64,000 bases of DNA from Azolla caroliniana (GCA_043228905.1 JBHGNT010000005.1:13640001-13704000), one strand, 5' to 3'. Positions 24,895 to 39,129 are shown, counted from the stretch's first letter. Made by a program: numbers and translations. Notes: generated by a model from the sequence alone, not told the origin.

Positions 24895-27800
24895 GTGATT
24901 TTTCGTAGGATGTTCTGCAAAGTTTTGTTTGTTGATTCCGCTAGTCCATTGGCTTGAGGGTAGTAGGGAGTACTCCTTTTATGTACCACCGCGTAAAATG
25001 ACGTCAGGCTTTCTACTACCTGCCGGAGAAAATGTCCTCCTTGGTCACTTATAAGCTTGATCGGGCATCCATACCGGCACCATATGCACTCGTACAGAAA
25101 CTTTGCCGTGGACGCGGCCGTGTTGTCCCGTAAGGCCTTTGCTTCTACCCATTTGGTGCAATAGTCGGTCGCCACTATGACATACCGATTTCTGGTTCGC
25201 ATTGCCGGTGGCTTGAAGGGACCGACAAAGTCCAAACCCCACTTTTGAAACGGTTCCAATGGCAAGACCGGGTGGTGTGGCATCCGGGCCTACTCCGTGG
25301 GTTGGCCCAGTCGTTGACACAAATCGCATTCTCTGCTATACTTCACAGCATCTTTTAGGGTGGTGGGCCACCACAGTCCGCTCTGCCATATTTTCCGAGC
25401 GGTTGCGTCGCCGGCATAATGCCCGCCGGCAATTCCATAGTGGGCTTCCCTGAGGATTAAATCCTTCTCATCGCTCCGCACTGCTCGTCTCCAGATGCCA
25501 TCTGCCCCCTTGTGATAGAGGGTGTCTCCAACCAAGTAGAAATGTCTGCTTCTTATTGCTACCCTTTTCCTTTCATCGCAATCCATGTTCTCCAGGGGTA
25601 CTCCGGTGCTCAGGAACTGATGCATCTCAGTTAGCCACGTGTCTTCATCGGCTACCGTTGCATACGTTGCCGGTTTCGTCGTGATCCGGAACAACTCGGC
25701 GTTGGGGAACTCATCCTGGACGCCGTCCCCTACTTCTCCGGATTCGAGTCTACTTAGGTAGTCCGCTACCGCATGCTGCGCCCCGGGTCAGTGGAAAATG
25801 TCGAATTCAAATTCCTGTAACAGCAGTGTCCATCGTGCAATTTTTCCCGTCAGGGATGCCTTCGAGACCAGGTAGAGTAGTGCCGAATGGTCGACATGGA
25901 AGGAAAACTTCCTTCCGAGCAGATAGTGCCTGTACTTTGTGACACTATACACCATTCCTAATGCCTCGCGTTCCGTCGTAGAGTAGTTCCGTTCGGCTTT
26001 TGAGAGTTTCCGGCTTGCGTAGTACACCGGTCGGTACCATTTCGGCTTCGTGAGTTGCATCAGAACGCTGCCGATTGCTACGTCCGACGCGTCGACGAAG
26101 ACGTGAAAGCTTTTACTCCAATCCGGCGGTTGCACCACCGGAGCTTGCGACAGCATAACCTTCAACGCTTGGTAGGCTTCCTCCTCCGTCTCTGCCCATA
26201 GGAAGGGTACCCTGTGTACGGCGGTATGTAATGGTGTAGCGAAGTCTGCGAGGTGCCGTATCATCCGGCTATGCCACCTTATTTGGCCCAGGAACCGGCT
26301 TAAAGCCTTTGCGTTATTTGGTGCTGGTGCCTCGAGAATCGCCTTGACTTTATCCGGATCTACCACGATTCCTTCCTTACTCACCACATGCCCTAGTAAG
26401 TTGCCGCTTGCCACTCCAAAGACGCACTTGGCCGGGTTCAGGCTCAACCGGTACTCGCGGCACTTCTCCAAGCACAGCCGGAGGTGATCGAGATGCTCTC
26501 CGTGCCGGCTGTAGACCGCGAAATCGTCAAGGAAGACCTGCATAAAACCGGGGATATATTCCCCGAAAATTTCCATTATTATCCTTTGAAAGGTCGTTGG
26601 AGCCGTCTTTAGTCCGAACATCATCACGACCGCGACGAACACTCCCCATTCCGTAACGAACGTTGTCTTCTCCTGGTCGGCCGGGTTCATTCGTATTTGG
26701 TTGTAGCCGCTAAATCCATCCAGGAAGTTGTAAACTTCGTGGCCGGCTACCGCATCTAACACCCCGTCCGTAAATGGTAGTGGAAATGCATCGGTCACTG
26801 TTGCGGCATTTAGTTTTCGGTAGTCCACGCATACCCGGATTTTGCCGTTCTTTTTCGGGACCACCACTATCGGACTCAGCCAGGTTGCCTGCTTGACCGG
26901 TCGGATAAATCCGACCCGGAGGAGCTTATCAATCTCCTCCTTCACCTTCGCCGCATAATTCGGATTCATCCGGTACCTGCGTTGAGCGATCGGTTTCGTG
27001 TCCGTACTTAGGTGAATTTGGTGGTGATAGAGCTGGGGGTCCAGCCCTCGCATGTCTTCGTATGACCACGCGAACAAATCCTTGAAGTCTGTTAATAATG
27101 CTATCATTGCCTTCTTTTCTTCCTTCGGCAATTCCTTTGCGACATTTACCGGTCGGGGCTTGTCTGTTGTGCCGAGGTCCACCTCCTCTAGTTGGGATGC
27201 TTTTACCCTCTGGGATATCGTCATTTCCCTCTCTAGGGATTCCTGCGCTTGTCGCAGTTCCCGGATCGCCGCTTGGTCTGGTTCGTCCGGCGTCGTAATG
27301 CACGGTTCTACTGCCGCCGTGATATCCACCTCAAATAGTGGGACGATTCGTGGGTGTTCCTCGAGGTACCGCTCGACTTCCTCGTTCGGTAATCCCTCCA
27401 ACATGTTGATGCTTTCCGCATACAATGGAGTTGCTTCCTTACTGGCGATCACCCGTGGTTGCGTCGTTACTCGTACCTTTGTTTTCCCTCGCTGGAATGT
27501 GATCATGTTCTTTTGCCAGTTCTGCTTGATATGCGTCGTTCGCAGCCATGGTCGTCCTAGCAGTAGGGGGTACGCGCCTTGTACATTCAGTTGCAGCACC
27601 ACGGCCGATATCCGGAATACGTGGCCTCCGATCGTTACTTCCAAATCCCGGATAAGCCCGATCGGTCGGACTGAGCTGGTATCCGCCATGCGTAACCAGA
27701 AGGGGCATGGTTCCCATTCCCGGATGCCCAGGTTATCGCATGTCTGTCTGCTGATGACATTTACCCCGGAGCCTCCGTCAATAATCGTTCCAGCAATTTC

Positions 27801-30032
27801 CTTTCCTTTCACGATTGCCGTGATCGCCGGGCTACTTGTATCGACCACCGCTGGTCCTTCCTCCGGGTTGGAGAAGAATGTCGGTGCTGGCGTCGGCTTC
27901 GGTTTGCTCACGGATGCCTGTAAGTCTGCCGTAAACCGTGGCACCAACTGTAGTAGCCGTGCTAACAGCAACACGATTTGACAGTCCTGTAGCGCTTGCC
28001 ACGTCGGGTTTTCTCCTGGTTGTATGATTTCTTCGTCTTTTGGCATATTTTGGTCTCTTACTTCTGCCGCATTCTGTTCATTGGCCTCCTTGATCCATTG
28101 CGCCGCTTGTTTTTTGATTGCCTCTTGGGCTTCCCACTCGGCGGTCTTTCCCTTTGACCGGGTTGTGACCTGTTGTACTTCTGTTATTTCGGTTGTAACC
28201 ATGTTGACTGCCGGCTGCTTGTCATTGCTTTTGCTTGGGCATTGGTTACTATAATGGCCTTCCTTACGGCAGTAATAACAATACACCTTGTGACTGTTGC
28301 TCGTTTCTCCTTTGTCCCCGGTTTGGAGGGTGGGTATGCTTCGGCGGTCGTCTTCACTTTTTCGGTTATCCGGTACCGATACCGGGTTGTCATTCCTTGC
28401 TGCCTCCCGACGTTCCTCTCTTCGGAAAAATCCACGCTTCTGATTCCGTCGGAAATTTCGGTTCCCTTGTCGCCTCTCTTCTCTGCGTCGTTCGTATTCC
28501 GGGGATTCGTCTCGGTCGTACCGGTCCCGGGAGTAGCTATCTCTGCGTTTCTCCTCTCGGTCATAGTTATCGCGTCTTCTATCAGCGTATCTGTTACCGC
28601 GTTCGCGTTGGTAGTGGTCGTCTCTCCGGAATCGATCCTCATCCGGGTTCTGATTGCGTGGTTCTATGTGTCGAACCGGTGTTGCCTGCCGATTTAACAG
28701 GTTATATTCGCATCGGTCCGTTGTATGGGCTCGAGAGTTGCAGATCATACATTGTGTCCGCAGGGTGCAGTCTACTGTTGAGTGGCCCGAATTTAGGCAT
28801 GTCGTGCATTGTAAGGCCTGTCGGAACCTCAGGTCTTCCTCCTTTGGGAGTGCCCGGTGTAACATCCCCATCGACAAGAAGGAGCTAGTCTTGTCCATTT
28901 CTAAGACCCGATCAATAACTTGGTCCATTGTGCTGGTGTGGAAATCAAGGACTCCGCACATTGTTCGAAATGGCTCTTTCAGCGCGGCCAAAAAGACTGC
29001 TTTGGCTTCGTCTTTGGGTGGTGCTCTCGTCAGTTGGCTGTGCAGGGTCTGAAACCGAATGATGAATTGTGGCACAGTCTCGTTCTCTTCCTGCCAGGTG
29101 GTGTAGAACTGCCCGACCAATTCCCTTTGCTCAACTTGTCTGTGAAAAAGCCTGAGGAATTTGGCCTTCAAGGCATCGAATGTGGCAAAGTTGCCCGGTA
29201 AGTGCTTTGCGTGCCATCGGGCCGCCGGTCCTTCTAAGGTCATGCCGAATTCGGCGACTTTGGATCGTTCGGCTTTGGGCTCCGTCAGTCTTTGGGAGAC
29301 ATGATTGGCTTCCCATGTTTGCAGGAATGCGTACACGTGTGTCTCCGCGTCGGGCTCATCCCGGTACTTTGGGTATGGGTACGGCATCGTGTCGTCCAAC
29401 TGACTCTCCTGCTTTCTCCGCTCTCTGTCCGCTGTTGGCGTCGGTGTGAGAACCTTTGGTTCCTCCGCGGTTGGTGCCGGTATCCGCTCCTTCAGTTCCT
29501 CCGCGGGTGTTGCCAGTGTCCAGTCCTTTGGTTCCTCCGCGGGTGTTGTCGGTATCCGCTCCTTCGGTTCCTTCGCGGGTGTAGTCAGTATCCCGTCAGC
29601 CTCCCTCGGCAATTGCCGGTCACCGAACTCCAAGGTTATTTCTTCCTCTGGCTCCGGTGTTACTGAGTCTTCCGAGCCCTCTTCCCCCGGGTCGTTTGGT
29701 GTGTCGTGGCTACTTTTATAACGGGACGCAACGCTTCCGTCGCTTTCCGACTCCGCCTCAAGTGTTGCGAATGCTTCCGAGTCCCCGTCACCCCCGGCGA
29801 GCGTCTGTAGTATCGTTTCCGCCTCTTGCAGGCTTGTTATGCTATTGCCTTCGTCGGGGACTTGCAAAACCCGGAACTGCAGTGCTTCTTCTGCGACTCT
29901 CCGAAGAGTTCTGGAGAATGACCGATCTCGCCGGATCTCGTCGACGGCTTGCTGCAGGGCTTCCCATCGTTGCTCTCGTTCGGTGTATCGTCTCCCTCGT
30001 TCGGTGATGTGGTTGTCGTTTGGTCTAGACAT
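24895..30032 (-). pseudogene. gag-pol polyprotein of element B (gag, Zn knuckles, protease, RT, RNase H, integrase core)
   Basis: CYYCRKEGHYSNQC, IIDGGSG, FLDGFSGYNQI, VFLDD, VDAS, WGLDFVGP. Two in-frame nonsense codons (25788, 25290). Integrase C-terminus deleted. Confidence 0.93.
29450..29590 (-). repeat. 36-bp in-frame tandem repeat, about 4 copies, in the gag leader of B
   Basis: Encodes TPAKEPKERIPT / TPAEEPKDWTLA / TPAEELKERIPA / PTAEEPKV. Confidence 0.85.
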
Positions 30033-33000
30033 CCATCCCCCGGTTGTCCTCTGCACTTTGAAGGAATCGTGGTCGCCAAAATAGTGTTGTCTGCCTGGCC
30101 GGAATAACCTCAACACAGGTGTCTATCCGACACTTCTCCAAAGGGGTGGTAAGGATTGGATGCTAGGTTACACACGTAAGATGATTACAATTAAGCACAG
30201 ACGGTAAAACAATACGAAGATACAGATAAACACGCAATAATTACTTTTGTATTACTTCCGTCCCAACCTTTACAAATCATCGGATCCTTTTATAGGCATC
30301 CGGCAAGGTTACAATCGGTGCGCTTAGGCAACCGGCATCCGAATCGGTACAACTGTACCGGATCCGTCCCTCTGAATAATAATTATACTATTATTTACTT
30401 CCTATTATCCGATCCGACTCCGCCTTCCCACTTGTCCTTGCTCTTCTGACCGGTCAACATGCAATAGTTCGTGGCCACGATGATGTATTTGTTACTGGTG
30501 CGGGCCGCGGCTGGTTTAAAAGGTCCTACAAAATCTAACCCCCACTTTTGAAATGGTTGTAACGGAAGAATGGGTTGGTGTGGTATCCGGGCTTGCTTGG
30601 TCGGTTGTCCCATGCGTTGACATAGATCGCATTGTCGATAGAATTCATGAGCATCTTTTTTTGTTTTGGGCTACCACAAGCCACTCTGCCATATTTTTCT
30701 TGCCGTGGCCTCTCCAACGTAATGTCCCCCCACGTTTCCGTAATGTGCCTCCTAGAGGATTCTGGGTTTCTCAAATTGACGGATTGCATGGCGCCAGATG
30801 CCATCTGAGCCTTTGTGGTAAAGGGTGTCGGAGACAAGACAGAAATTTCGACTCCTGACAGCTATTCACTTTCGAACGTCGAGGGTCAAGTGGTCGGGAG
30901 GAAGGCCTATGCTCAGAAAAGGGTTCATCTCTACGATCCATTCGTCCTCATTTGCATCGGGTACCGTTGCGAGACTGAAAATGGCGGCGTCGGGTAATTC
31001 ATCGTACGTGGACACGGCTGGTTCACCTAACTTGAGGCAGCTCAGGTAGTCAGCTATGGCGTGTTGGACACTCGGCTGGTGCTGGATCTGAAATTCAAAC
31101 TCTTGTAGCAAGAGCATCCATCGGGCCAAGCAACCTGTGAGGGCCTGCTTATTAACCAAGTAGGGGAGGGCCGAGTGGTCAACTTGGAATGTGAAGTTTC
31201 GGCCCAAGAGATAGTGCCGGAATTTGTTGATGTTGTAAATCATACCGAGGGCCTCACATTCAGTGGTTGAGTAGTTCTTCTCCGCGGCCAAGAGACGTCG
31301 GCTAGCGTAATACACTAGTCGGTACCAATTTGGTGGTGTGTGATGCGCTGCATGAGCGCGCTGTCGATGGCTATATCTGATGCGTCTACAAAGACGTGAA
31401 AAGGTTTCGACCAGACTAGTGCCTGGACCACAGGGGCATGGGAGACCATTAACTTCAAGGCTTGGTATGCCTCGTCTTCTATTGAAGACCACTGAAATGG
31501 GAGTTTATGCACCGCCGCGTGTAAAGGAGTCGCGAAATTGGCCAGGTGTCGCAACATCCGGGTATGCCATCTAATCTGGCCCAAGCATCTTCTGAGAGCC
31601 TTCGCAGTAGAGGGCGCGGGGGCATTCAGAATGTCCTGCACATTATCTGGATCCATGGCGATACCTTCCTGGCTGACTATGTGCCCGAGCAGGTTGCCGC
31701 TTGTCACCAAAAACGCGCATTTTGCCGCATTTAAACTCAAGCGAGCTTGTCGGCATTGTTCGAGACAGAGCCGTAGCTGGGTCATATGCTCCAGCCACTG
31801 GCCATACACGGCAAAGTCATCGAGGAACACTTGCATGAACGCCGGAATATACTCGTTGAAAATCTCTCAGATGATGCGTTGGAATGTGGTCGGTGCCGTC
31901 TTTAATTTGAACATCATTACCTCGGCCACGAAGACACCCCAGTCCGTGACAAACGCCGTTTTCTCCTGATTGTCTGGGTGCATTCAGATTTGATTATAGC
32001 CACTGAACCCATCAAGGAAACTTTAGCATTCATGACCAGCCACCGTGTCGAGGACACTATCAGTAAACGGAAGAGGGAACCCATCCGTGACTGTCGCAGC
32101 ATTGAGTTTGCGGTAATCCACAATAGTGGTGGGATTGGCGTCGTCCTGGGGAAGGAAATCTACCGTGCCATCCTTTTCCAGTGGTGTGCCAACACCCGAA
32201 ATGGCGTTTATTTCGAAGAGGGGTACAATAGTGGGGTGATCGTCTAGGAACTCATCCACCTCTTCATCGGCTAAGCCGTCGAGCATGCGTACCCCTTCTG
32301 CATATAAGGGCATAGTTTTGTGAGGCGTGGTTAGGCGTTCTTCAGTTATTACCCGTACCTTGGACTTCCCCTGGTGGAAGGAGATCATATTCTGCTGCCA
32401 ATGTTGTTTAATATTTGTTGTGCGCAGGTAGGGTCGGCCAAGCAGCATTGGGTAAGCACCCAGAGCTTCGAGGCGTAACACGATTGTCGAGATAGTGAAC
32501 CGGTGGCCGGCTAACATGAAATCAAGGTGTCAGATTAACCCGATAGGGCAAACCGAACGCGTATCGGCCATCCGCAGCCAAAAGAGAGAAGGCTCCCATT
32601 GGTTTATGCTGAGGGTGTGACATGTGACCTCGCTGATGACGTTCACACCAGAGCCACCGTCGATAATACACCCATGAAGGTCGCGTCCTTTAATCATGAT
32701 TTTCACGGATGGATTCTAGGAATCCATGAGGGGTGGGCCCATCCCTACCTCCGTCAGGTTAACCGAGGGTATGAATGATTTGTCATTAGCCGTGAGTTTA
32801 GCCAAGGTATCCCGGAAGCGCGGCATGAGCGGTAATAGCTTATGTAATGGCAGCGAGATCCTAACACTTGTAAGGGCTTCCCATAGATGGTCATCCTCTG
32901 CCGTGGTGGAATGACCTGCGGCCGGTGGTGCGTCGATGGTCACGTCCTACATCTCTGTGTGCATCCGTGCCACGTTGCTTTTGTTGGCCGTGTCAATCCA

Positions 33001-35954
33001 TTCCTTGGCTGCTTGTCAGACTTCATCTTGTTCTTGCCATTGGTTGGCATGGGTCTTGCTACATGTAGTGACGTGTTGGACGTCAACCATAATAGTATTC
33101 ACAGTCGGGGCCTTGTTGCGGTTTGGGTAGCATAGTGGCCGGGTTGGTTACACTTAAAGCAAATAACAGATGCCAAGTTGCTGGTGTCACCGTGCGCAAT
33201 GTGGGGGAAGGGTTGTGATTGGTTCCTAGCCACTTGGGTAGGCGTGTTGGGCCGTGGCGCGGTGTGTGGGGCGTTTAGAAGGGGGTCCCTACGACGATTG
33301 TCGTTCTAACGTCTATTGTTCCGCGGACCTCTATAAGAGTTTCGTCGATTATTTCGTGCATACTGCTAATCGTACTGGTCCTCCCAATCGTCGTCATACC
33401 GATCATACTCATCGTTCGCTCTATATTGGTCGTCGTGGTACTGGTCACGGTAGTTCGATCTCTTGCGATTGTCATGGCGGTACCGGTTGTCGTCGCAGTG
33501 GTAGTCGTCGTCACGGCGGTATTCGTCATCACGGCGCTGCTGATCCGGGGATCGTGGTTGCTCGTTTGCCCGATGTCGGTATGACTATCGTTCATCCTGC
33601 CGGGATTACGTATTGCGCAGCTCGATTTGGTGAACCGGAGCCATCATTGTGCAGTTGAGAATGTTGTATTCACATTGTGTGATCGTGTGAGCTCGAGATT
33701 GACATATAGGGCAGTGTGGCCGGTGAGGGCACTCAAGAGTGAGATGGCCTGAGCCTGAGCAGGCTGTGCATTGAAGGGCTTGGTGGAAACGAGTCTCCTC
33801 TTGAGGAAGGGAGTTTTGCAAAGAGCCCGTGGAGAAAACCGTGGTATGCTGTGTCTGATCAATTGCAAGGACGCGTGGGATGACTTGCTCGATAGTCTGG
33901 TTAGAGAAATCCGTAAGTGCGAGAGTCGTTCGTAGAGGCTCCCGTAGGTTGGACAGGAAGGTATCCGGAATATGATGAGCGGAGACATTGTCGGCCAGTT
34001 GTCGGTAGAGTTCCTGAAACCGGATTGTGAACTGGGCAACTGTCTCGTGAGGTTCTTGGCTCATGGAAAAGAATTTCCGGAGTAGTTCCCGCTTCAGAAC
34101 TTCGCGGTGAAATAATTGTAGGAACTTTGTCCGGACGTCTTGGAACATTGTGACCTCTCCCATGTCGAGGCGGGTGTACCATCGAGGAGCCGGGCCATCG
34201 AGGGATAAAGCAAATTCTGTGAGTTTGGAGGCCTGGATTTCGGCAGCCGATAACCGCTGCGTCGAGTGGTTGGCCTGCCCTGTGGACACGAGCGCCCGGG
34301 TGTGTGATTCCGCGTCCGGGCCATTGGTATACCGTGGGTAGGGGTAAGGCATGGTATCGAGATCCGGGTCCTCGAGTAAAGCCGGAAAAGGGTTAGGGTT
34401 AGGTTGGGTGACCGCTGGAAGGCTCGGCGGGGAGGTTGGTGCGGAATCAACTTGCGATTGGGTATCGGGTGGCGAGGATTGCAACCGGTGAGCCTCCGAT
34501 AGGTCTTGGAATGTTGGTCAGTAACCGCCTAGTCGGAAGTTCCTTCGACTGGCTCAGGGTGTCGGTCAAGTGGCCGAGACCGTGTGATGCGATTGGGCGC
34601 CGTAATGGCGGTTGGAGTTTTCTTCCAACATAGTTCGCTGTGACCTTACAACTGTAACCGGGCGTGCCAAATTGTGTTAACCATTTCTTGGAAAACACCT
34701 TCGATGAGCCCACAGGCTATCGGTGTGAAGAGATCGTGTTACATGGGAGTCTCTTCTACACGGGGAGAAGAAAGGAGAACGAGGAGCGTACACAGCTACA
34801 ACTCGTCAGGCATAAACAAAGCTTTATTTACGAGTACGGGGAGAGTACACAGATAGAAGAATAAAAATGAAACTTATATTAAATGATGAAGCTCGTAGTG
34901 ATTACAGTACTCAGCCTCAGCCGGAAACAGTTCGTACAGAACTTGCTGCTGTGATATTACTCTCGCTAAGAACGCTCTAGCTACTCCCCCCTTGAGGTAT
35001 GCATAACTTGGGTTATATAGTTTTCCCCTTCAGACAGAGCCGAGCCATCGGCTGATTGTGAGGGCTAAAACACGGCTATTTTTAGTCTTACCTATTTCCT
35101 CACCTACTCTTCTACCTAACGGACAGTTTACGTAATATATTTATATTTCTGGCCTATGGACAACATCCTTAACGAGTGGAATCATTGTGCGAGGCCGCCC
35201 AAGCATACTTGAGCCATCTTGCCTTCGTGGAAGTTTATGTTGATGGAGCCAAGAGAGTCGCAAATGCTCTTGACCTTGGCAGTGTAGTACAACACGGACA
35301 TATCTTTTTGCCAAATGTTGTTCAACTCTTGTCGGAGTTGTAGCTTTCGGGCGGTCGTGTTGGCAATGAAAATCTTCTTTAAGTTCTCCCACAGCTCTTT
35401 AGGTGTCTTGGCGTCTCAAATGTGGTTAAGCATGTGGTCGTGGACACATGTTGCCAAGCAATACATTACCCAACTCACTCCTTGCTCCCATGTTGGGTAG
35501 TTGGCGTTTGTGATGTCAGGTTTGTTTTCGAGTGTGTCGTTGATGTAGCTCCAATACCCTTGGCTGACAAGGTATTGGTTCATCTTGTAGTCCCAAGATG
35601 AATAATTGCTCCGGTCTAGCTTTTCACTAGGGAGCAAGCTACCCATTTGTGTGTTCATGTTGCTGTAATGACTTCACTTTTGTGTTTTCTTCCTTTGGTC
35701 ACGTACACGTGCTACATAGCGGCACTACGGTAGCCGATAGCCAGATTTATCGTTGGCGTCTCGAACACACAATCACGAAGAGTCGGGTGGGCTTAGTGGA
35801 TGTGCTAAACCACACACTCTATTACAAGGTTAAAAATTAGGTAATTAACTACGGGTTTATTAGTACCTAATTATGTGATTAAGTTAAGCGGAAGATTAAG
35901 TGATATGTGTGTGTATGTGTGTTAGAGGAAGAGAGAGAGGAAGTTAACAGGCAC

Positions 35955-36401
35955 GGTGTGTTCGAGCTAGATTCCCTTCGATCGGTAATACTCCTCAAAC
36001 TGCCCTCGATATTCGCCTTCATTGTCCGCTTAGACTACTTTCAGTTTTTGGTCGGTCTCTCTCTCGGCTCTCGCTTGGAACTCCTTGAAGACAGATAACA
36101 CTTGGTCCTTTGTCTTCAATACAGAAGCCCACAACTTCCGACTACAGTCATGGATGAAGGTCACAAAAGATTGTGAACCAACCGATGACTTCGTGTCCAC
36201 GTACCACACATCTGTACATGCATGAGTTCCAGCTGCATTTTCTTCCTCATCGGGGGCCTAATTCGAGCCTTCATCGTCCAACCGATCAACTGATATCAAA
36301 TTTAACATTACTTCCAAAACATGTCGAACATCTCTCAACACAGGTCTGCCCCTGTTTGAGGTTACCAAACACACATCTCCTATGCCGACAATTCGGCAGG
36401 C
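35955..36401 (-). pseudogene. Copia I backbone, piece 2 (post-protease region and integrase N-part)
   Basis: Hand translation gives CRIVGIGDVCLVTS, FVTFIHDCSRKLWA and VERETD.KLKVV.ADNEGEY. Confidence 0.75.
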
Positions 36402-38639
36402 TATTGTGTGGTTTTTCACACACAATATGAAAATTAGTAAAATAATTATTTATGATTAGCTTAATGGATTGATATGGAACGTATTTCACTACACATGAAA
36501 CGGATAAATAAGTATCAAGTTATGTGAGTGTGAAGTTTGAGAAGATCAGAAAAACAAATTCTAAGATATCCCACATAGATAAAACAACATTGAATCCCCA
36601 TAGTATATAAGGAGAGCCAGAAAATATTACTTTATGTGTATGTGTGAAGCACAGAATGTTCAAGGTGACTTGGGCTAAACTGTGTGAATGAATGGCTCAA
36701 AATATTTTGGGTCACGACTTGATCAGCCATGGCATACGGCCCGGTCCGGACGTGTGTGTCTGCGGACGCGTACACGGCTCGGTCCAGATGCGCGTACATG
36801 ACCCATGTGTGCGGACGCCCGAGCAGATGCGTACACGGCGTGGTCGGGACATGCGGCTTCTGTGCGAACGCATACACGGCGCGGGCGAGATACGTCTATG
36901 CACGAATGCGTCTACGGTTCGGTTGCAACGCATGGTTTGGTTGTGATGCATGTACGGATTACGCATGGGCTTAACTTTATGGATGATGGGATTATGTGGA
37001 CGAATTATACGAACAGTCACATGCAACTAAAAGTAAAGGTCAAGCAACTAAAAAAGGAGGCCATGCAACTAAAAGTAAAGGTTAAGGAACTAAAAAAGGA
37101 GGCCATGCAACTAAAAATAAAGGCCAAGCAACTAAAAATGGAGGCCATGCCACTAAAATTGGACGCATGCAAAGGAACATGGGCAACTATGATCAGCAAA
37201 GAACTTCATATATGTTCCACTTTTTTTTTTTTATAGTTTTTTTTTTCCCCTTATCTTCTTCTCTCTCCCATTCCTTGGGGAAAGATAATCTCTCATATCT
37301 CTAATAACGCTCCTTATTCTAATAGGTGGTTCAGTGTGCCGAAGAAGAATGGATCGTTGCGATTCATCCAAGATCTTCAACCCGTCAACAAGGTGACAAT
37401 TCGGAATGCTAGAATCGGTCCGAGTGTGGATGAATTTGCCGAGGCGTTTGCAGGCCGGTCCATCTACTCCATTGGTGATCTCTACTCTGGATACGATCAA
37501 TTCCAGTTGGCGATCGACAGTCATGACATTACAACCATGAGGACTCCAATAGGGCTTGTGCGGATGTGTAGCTTATCTCAAGGTGCAACGAATTCGATGG
37601 CTCATATGGTGAATGCCATGAACAAGGTCTTGAAGGATTGCATCCGAGGCATCATGATGCCATTCTTGGATGACATTCCAATATAAGGATGTTCGGATGA
37701 GGAGAAGGATGAATCGAAAGATAAGGATGGATGCAGAAAGATTGCGAGAAGGTGCTCCAAAGGCTCAAAGATGCGAATTTGACATTTTCGGGAGAAAAAT
37801 CCGCATTCAGGCAACCAGAGATCTTGGTGGTAGGTCACTTGTGTGGAGCATATGATCGGAAGCGTTCGCTATCCAAGGTGAATGTGATCCAAGACATGAA
37901 AGAAGAATGTGTAACCCAAACGGAGGTATGAAGGTTCCTTGGAGCATGCGTGTTTTATCATATTTGGATTCCACACTATGCCCACATTGTTGAGCCATTA
38001 TACGGTCTACTAAAGAAGAAGTGGAGGTTTGAATGGACAAGCCATCATACTTTTGCCATCCGAAGCCTAAAGAAATTATTGATGGAGGCACCTGCATTAC
38101 AGAAGGCGGACTATTCAAATGGCAAGCCCATTTTCGTGACCGTGGATACTAGTCCAATCGGAATTGGATGGGTTATAAACCAAGAAGACGAAGATTGGAA
38201 CCGTTATGCAATTCAGTTTGGTGCGAAAGTGTTAAGTGATAGGCAAAGAAGGTATGCCCAAGTGAAGAGGGAGCTATGGGGAATCGTATCAGCGATCAAG
38301 TCTGATTGTGACTACCTTATTGGAGTAGAAGTCATAATCGAGACAGATTGCCTACCAATCTTGGGTATCATATCTAGATGTAGTACACCAGATATTGCCA
38401 TGCTACGTTGTCGTGAAGAAAACCGTCCACAAGCGGAATCGGTGCACCGGAGCGTAGGAACAGGCTCTTCATGCACGTGCGCCTTATGTTGTACATAGGG
38501 GATCCTAGGCAGGTAGATTCGGGAGGTAGGAAGTTGAGGGGAAACGGCTCCTTCCTTGCCTATAAAAGGAGGGAGACGAGGAGGGTTGAGGGATCGCGGA
38601 GAGTCGAGGACGAAATGATGTCGGTTCGTGGGTCGGAGG

Positions 38640-38641
<2 letters not shown>

Positions 38642-38721
<80 letters not shown>
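38642..38721 (+). repeat. (CT)n microsatellite in the 5' LTR of D
   Basis: About 40 units here versus about 9 in the 3' LTR at 45041. Confidence 0.95.
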
Positions 38722-39129
38722 GCTCGCAAACTCGGTAGCTTCTGGCTGTGCAGGTTTCGGGAGGCTCGCGCTGCTCTGAGGAATGCTCGAGTGCTTCCGG
38801 CAGCACCTCCAACCTACTCTTTCCTTTCTGTGCGTTTACGAACAGGCATCGGCATCTGTTCGCCGGCCTGTTCGGTTGTAACCGACTTTGTGCTTCTGGT
38901 TGTTTGTTTGTTAATATATACATTTACATACATTTGTGTCCCTTGTGTCGGTGTCCCACTTGCGTCTTTGTGTCGAAGGGCCGTGTCCCTGTGATTCTAC
39001 GATCGCACGTAGTGGGTCCCCTCCCTTCTCCTTTCTCTCTTGCTCTTCGGTACAAGACCCCCGAGGTCCCGCCTCATTCCTCGACATCTTGGTGAACCCG
39101 ACGTGAAGGAGGTGGCAGAAGAGCAGAAA

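Larger units (their letters stand above)
21681..30459 (-). mobile_element. Gypsy element B, young, near-identical LTRs
   Basis: LTRs 21681-22071 and 30085-30459. TSD TGCAA. PBS TGGCGACCAC at 30069-30078. Single-frame gag-pol. Confidence 0.95.
16693..35165 (-). mobile_element. Gypsy element C, full LTR pair, degenerate gag-pol plus extra 3' ORF; hosts element B
   Basis: LTRs 16693-17186 and 34675-35165. TSD TCCTT. PBS TGGCACGCCCGGT at 34657-34669. gag 33606-34484, protease about 32300-32700, RT MQVFLDD, RNase H, integrase split by B (30465-30600 and 20848-21680). Confidence 0.93.
12864..35949 (-). mobile_element. Copia element H, degenerate; hosts element C
   Basis: 3' LTR 12864-13319 with PPT GAGGGGGCG. 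Shortened 5' LTR 35828-35949. TSD GGCAC at 12859-12863 and 35950-35954. gag 35171-35658, protease and integrase 15281-16400 ([20 protein letters not shown]). Confidence 0.8.

Noticed and set aside
27052-27981. Long antisense ORFs (also 24133-24849 and 39600-40451)
   Set aside because: Shadows of GC-rich coding frames with no motifs.
30033-30116. gag-pol of B starting inside the LTR
   Set aside because: The ORF caller used a TTG start. The real start is probably the ATG at 30032 or the MPYPY methionine.
21681-30459. Element B transcribed on the plus strand, using the 22074 site as its only PBS
   Set aside because: All ORFs and the TATA box are on the minus strand, a minus-strand PBS exists, and there is no plus-strand PPT before 30085.
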